From a virus (lineage: Duplodnaviria; Caudoviricetes), in IMG/VR virus record IMGVR_UViG_3300048670_000456, positions 1 to 28,466 of that record: a stretch of 28,466 nucleotides of DNA; one strand, written 5' to 3'. A program made the translations under genes and the position numbers. Below the pieces are notes generated by a model. That model worked only from the letters and a program-made list of their open reading frames with translations, was not told where the DNA came from and made no database searches. Each line of letters opens with the position of its first letter. Within the stretch, counting starts at the first letter, position 1. Below are positions 24,847 through 28,466 of the stretch, piece by piece.

Positions 24847-26244
24847 TTATTTAGGTTTGATTGAGTTAATGTAAGAATTGTAAAAAGCACCTACATCAGG
24901 TTTGCCATCTTTAGTAACAAAGCCATTTAATCTAGCACCATTAAATAAGAATTTGTACGCTGGATTATTTTCATCTATTGGTTTTTTATAACCATCTTTA
25001 TCTGCTGGAGCTTCAACATCTTTTTTAAGCAATTGCATTGCATAATTAATGTCATTAATAGCTCTTTGTACGTTGTAAGGATTTCTTGTGCTGTATGCTC
25101 TTAGCTTAGATATTTCAGCATCTTCATATTTATTTTCAATTAATATTCTTGTATCAACTGCAAAGTTTTTCTTTTCTTCAATTGAAGCATTTGGATTTAC
25201 TAATTGATAATTTTGAACTCTTTGCTTGTATTCGTCATTAGCAAAAGCAGCTTTTTGTTTACCTTCTGTTTCGCCTGCTTTTGTAATATTATCAGGTGCA
25301 AATTTAAGAGTTAATATTTTTTGTTGTTCTGTAGCAAAGTTATTAAATTCAACATCTTGAGATATTTTTTGCATGCGATCTTGATGCTGCACTTTTTCTG
25401 AATTTAGATTTTGTATAAAATTTTGCCATTCAGCTACATCTTTTCCTTTTAAAATCTTTGATCCATTTGGTCTTGTATAATTTGCAAGATCTTTAGCTAA
25501 TTTTTCAGCTCTAACATAATCAGCATTTGGATCACCAAGTTGTGCTACTTTTGCAATTTGGTTTTTGTAACCTTGAATAACTAATTCATCAAATCTATTT
25601 CTATCAACAAATTTAGTTTCGTTATTAAAATTTTCAAATGTTGAGATTTGTTCTAATGAATCATCTAATTGAATTTTATTTTCAAGAATATTTGTTAAAT
25701 TATTTTCTGCATTAATTTTTAATTTTTGAGTATTATAACTTGCATAACTTGTACCAATTTGTTGATTAGCTGCTTTAACATAACTTTCTAATCCTTTTAA
25801 AAAATATGTAGAGACGTTTCCTGCTTTTTCTTTAAAATATTTTTGATCAAATTCTGAACTCCATTTATTATACGCTGAGCCATCAAGGTCATCACTTGTA
25901 CTATTATTTGCCCACCATTCTTGAAAAGCTGCTTGTTTTGTAGTGTTAAATGCAAGTCCTTGTTGTTGACCTTTAACATTATCATAAACAGAAACCCAAT
26001 ATTTAGATTTAGTTTTATCAATCTGTCCAGAGTCTACTGCCTCTTGGTATGTTTTAAATGAATCAATTCTTGCAGCTTGTTCTGCTTCTGCTGTAGTTGC
26101 AGCTGTGTATTCTTCACCTTTACCTTTTCCATAAGAATCTACTGCAGCTGAAAATTTATCTAAAGCTTGTACTAAAGCTCTGCCTGGAGATTCTTCTTTG
26201 TTTACTTTAATACTCGGTAAAAACCCTGATTGATATGTAGCCAT
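24847..26244 (-). CDS. Internal virion protein, T7 gp15 position
   Basis: Synteny; helical Ala/Gln/Lys-rich 465 aa. Confidence 0.7.
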   Translation of the reverse strand: MATYQSGFLPSIKVNKEESPGRALVQALDKFSAAVDSYGKGKGEEYTAATTAEAEQAARIDSFKTYQEAVDSGQIDKTKSKYWVSVYDNVKGQQQGLAFNTTKQAAFQEWWANNSTSDDLDGSAYNKWSSEFDQKYFKEKAGNVSTYFLKGLESYVKAANQQIGTSYASYNTQKLKINAENNLTNILENKIQLDDSLEQISTFENFNNETKFVDRNRFDELVIQGYKNQIAKVAQLGDPNADYVRAEKLAKDLANYTRPNGSKILKGKDVAEWQNFIQNLNSEKVQHQDRMQKISQDVEFNNFATEQQKILTLKFAPDNITKAGETEGKQKAAFANDEYKQRVQNYQLVNPNASIEEKKNFAVDTRILIENKYEDAEISKLRAYSTRNPYNVQRAINDINYAMQLLKKDVEAPADKDGYKKPIDENNPAYKFLFNGARLNGFVTKDGKPDVGAFYNSYINSIKPK

Positions 26245-26780
26245 TATGTTACTTTTCCATATTTACCGGCATTGTAATCTCCATATGTACCTGCACCTGA
26301 TCCACCAACTTTAATTAATAAACCTAATTTAGATGGAGTAGATATTGCTGGAAGTGAATTGTAAGAACGTTGAAGAGCATTATAAGCATCATTATAACCT
26401 TTTAATGCTGACATATTTGTCGACATAGTTTGATTATTATATAGTTGAAATTCTGGCTGGTAATCAAAACCAATATCTCTAAGTACGGCTTCTGTATTAG
26501 CATTACCTTTTTCTAATCCAACTAATTGAGCATCTGCTTCTTTTTTAATTAATTCTCTTTGTTTAGCTTCTTTTCTTATAGCTGTATCTCTTTGCTCTTT
26601 TCGTTTTTCAGCATCAAGATTTTCTAAATCTGCTAAATAAGCTTTATCTGCACTAGCTCTTGATTTTTCATTATTAATTGCTTGCTGCTTAGCTACTGCT
26701 TTAGCATCTTTGTAATCCGATACAGCACTTGTTGCGTCTATAGCGAATTTGGTAATTGCGATTGCTTCTGGGCTACACAT
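26244..26780 (-). CDS. Internal virion protein, T7 gp14 position
   Basis: MCSP start typical of gp14-like proteins; Ala/Gln-rich; synteny. Confidence 0.75.
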   Translation of the reverse strand: MCSPEAIAITKFAIDATSAVSDYKDAKAVAKQQAINNEKSRASADKAYLADLENLDAEKRKEQRDTAIRKEAKQRELIKKEADAQLVGLEKGNANTEAVLRDIGFDYQPEFQLYNNQTMSTNMSALKGYNDAYNALQRSYNSLPAISTPSKLGLLIKVGGSGAGTYGDYNAGKYGKVT

Positions 26781-27244
26781 GTTTCTTTTATTATAAGTAT
26801 AAAGTTTTTCTTTTTACTTCCTATTTTGAGTTTACGTTCAGCTACAAATCCACATAATTGTAGCCATTTTAATGATTGCCAATTCTTTTCATAAACTAAA
26901 TTATAAACGTATGAATAATTTTGAGATAAATAATCTACCCATTGTTTACATTCTCTATAAAATGAAATTGGAATTTCTTTTAATTTTTCTGAACACAATA
27001 ACCAAATGACTCCAAATTTGTTGTCATGTTGGCATTCACTTACACCAAACATTCCATACACAAATCCTTGTTCATCTGTAATTGTAAAATTTTCTGCTTT
27101 AGGTAAATTAAAACAAGATACTAAAGCTTGTATTGGTGTGTAGTTATGACTGTATTTAATTTCCAACCTATCAATTTTTCTCATAGTCATTGATAGACTT
27201 ATTGCGTCTTCTTCAGTCGCAGTTCTTACAAAAGGTTTTAACAT
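26738..27244 (-). CDS. T7 gp13-like protein, GNAT acetyltransferase-like fold
   Basis: VRTATEED, MRKIDRLEI, GMFGV, GVIWLL, NLVYEKNWQSLKWLQLCGF; follows tail tube B. Confidence 0.8.
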   Translation of the reverse strand: MLKPFVRTATEEDAISLSMTMRKIDRLEIKYSHNYTPIQALVSCFNLPKAENFTITDEQGFVYGMFGVSECQHDNKFGVIWLLCSEKLKEIPISFYRECKQWVDYLSQNYSYVYNLVYEKNWQSLKWLQLCGFVAERKLKIGSKKKNFILIIKETCVAQKQSQLPNSL

Positions 27245-28466
27245 TATACACGCGCTGATCTTCTGTAATAAAATCCTTCTATCTCAGCTGATGTAATATT
27301 AGCTGGTAAATAAGAACTAGATCTTATTGACACTGCGTGCTTTGTGTTTTCTGCTTGTATTGGAACTCTAAATGTACCAGTAGTAACTACAGGTGAATCA
27401 ATTACTGATGTTGGGTTATCTATTATGTAACCATTAAAACTATAAGTTTGATCAGCTCTACCTGTATGAGTAACTACTATTTGAAAAAATCCTGAATTTG
27501 TGTAATCAAAAGACATTGTTCTTACTTGGTATCTACCAGACGTAACCGCTAATAAACCACCACCTTTACTTGGTTCTCTAATAAATTGAGTTGATAGTGT
27601 GTAAAGAGTTGTAAAAGCAAAACCAAAATAAGCAGAAGTATTATTTCCATCTATTACTACTGTATTTGTTGATTGACTAATTATACTTAAATCTGCACCA
27701 GTTGTTGCCGATACTGCTTGAAGTCCAGCTTTTACTAAATAAGGTAATGTAAAAGTAGTTCTATTATTTCCTGAATTATAAGTACCAGTTAATAAAACTC
27801 TTTGATCTAAATAAATATTCATACCTAAATTAGTATTTTCTAAATTTCTTAAATCAATTTTGTATAAATTTGCCTTAGTTCTTTCGTTGGCTATTAAATA
27901 AATGTAACTTTCGTAAGCAAATCCACCTATAATTTGTACATCAGGGAATTCCCAGTAAGACCAAGCACTTTGTACTTTATCATTACCATTCCAAAAATAC
28001 TTATAGACATAAATTCTTTTTGCGTAATTTGGATTTACACTTGTTACTACAGTATGAGGTGCACTAAAAGTATCACTGCCATCATCAGCTAACGCAACAA
28101 TTGTATCTTCAATTGTATTACTAATTAATTTATGAACATTAACAGGAATGTATGAAGGTATTGACGCTGTTATATCAATTGAATCATTATTTGTTGTGTC
28201 AGGTTGAACAAAGTATTCTCTTACAGCTGAATTCAATCCTCTTTTTTGTACAAAATAAATATAGTTTCCAGCTCCAATAGGAGCAATTTCAGAATTAGAT
28301 TCAAATCTAGTTGATAAAGTTATGCTTGCATCTGATGGGGATAAACCAGCATTTGCAGTTTCAATTTTAAATTGAGCTTTATCTGAGAACAATAATAGTT
28401 CTTCATTAAATGGTAATGCGTGTCTTAAAATACTTACTTCATTTGTAGTAGCAGCAAGATCTATTG
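27244..28466 (-). CDS. Tail tubular protein B (T7 gp12-like), 5' part outside window
   Basis: Frame stays open past 28392 to the window edge: IDLAATTNEVSILRHALPFNEELLLFSDKAQF. Also has DITASIPSYIP, VQSAWSYW and SAEIEGFYYRRS. Confidence 0.93.
   Translation of the reverse strand, partial: IDLAATTNEVSILRHALPFNEELLLFSDKAQFKIETANAGLSPSDASITLSTRFESNSEIAPIGAGNYIYFVQKRGLNSAVREYFVQPDTTNNDSIDITASIPSYIPVNVHKLISNTIEDTIVALADDGSDTFSAPHTVVTSVNPNYAKRIYVYKYFWNGNDKVQSAWSYWEFPDVQIIGGFAYESYIYLIANERTKANLYKIDLRNLENTNLGMNIYLDQRVLLTGTYNSGNNRTTFTLPYLVKAGLQAVSATTGADLSIISQSTNTVVIDGNNTSAYFGFAFTTLYTLSTQFIREPSKGGGLLAVTSGRYQVRTMSFDYTNSGFFQIVVTHTGRADQTYSFNGYIIDNPTSVIDSPVVTTGTFRVPIQAENTKHAVSIRSSSYLPANITSAEIEGFYYRRSARV

Noticed and set aside
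25797-26894. ORFs 25797-26021 (minus, alternate frame) and 26682-26894 (plus)
   Set aside because: Nested in or antisense to internal virion genes; no support.
1-28466. Alternative genetic code or selenocysteine recoding
   Set aside because: All recognisable genes are full length in the standard code, and the Cys-rich protein ends in TAA.

Overview
This is about 28 kb of an AT-rich, T7-like podophage genome (Autographiviridae type) with a tyrosine integrase next to the phage RNA polymerase. That layout resembles the temperate HTVC019P-like phages of SAR11/Pelagibacterales, though the host is my inference. Every protein gene is on the minus strand. Read right to left, the window holds tail tube B, internal virion proteins, tail fibre, a five-gene accessory operon, small ORFs, lysis genes and terminase. 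It then crosses the probable genome end/start junction into the early genes, a MarR-like regulator, an opposite-strand tRNA-Leu(UAA), integrase, attP, RNAP, SSB, endonuclease I, a degenerate T7 lysozyme, a dNMP kinase and a truncated thymidylate-synthase-fold enzyme with the dCMP-type Asp. Best candidate for a new system: directly behind the tail fibre lies a 192-aa protein ending in NCNCGSFNCRTNCNCNCACACACNCK. It is followed in a tight run by a 2OG-Fe(II) oxygenase, an unknown protein, an ATP-grasp enzyme, a radical SAM/SPASM maturase and a 37-aa CxC peptide. This looks like RiPP-type tailoring machinery aimed at a virion protein. The module plus the distal tail fibre lacks GATC, GCWGC, GGWCC and CCGG, which are common in the rest of the window, suggesting it was imported as one block into a phage whose DNA may be protected by modified cytosine. 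Also notable are an attP core matching the tRNA-Leu(UAA) anticodon loop with a full replacement tRNA on board, and a recurring 14-bp palindromic operator.
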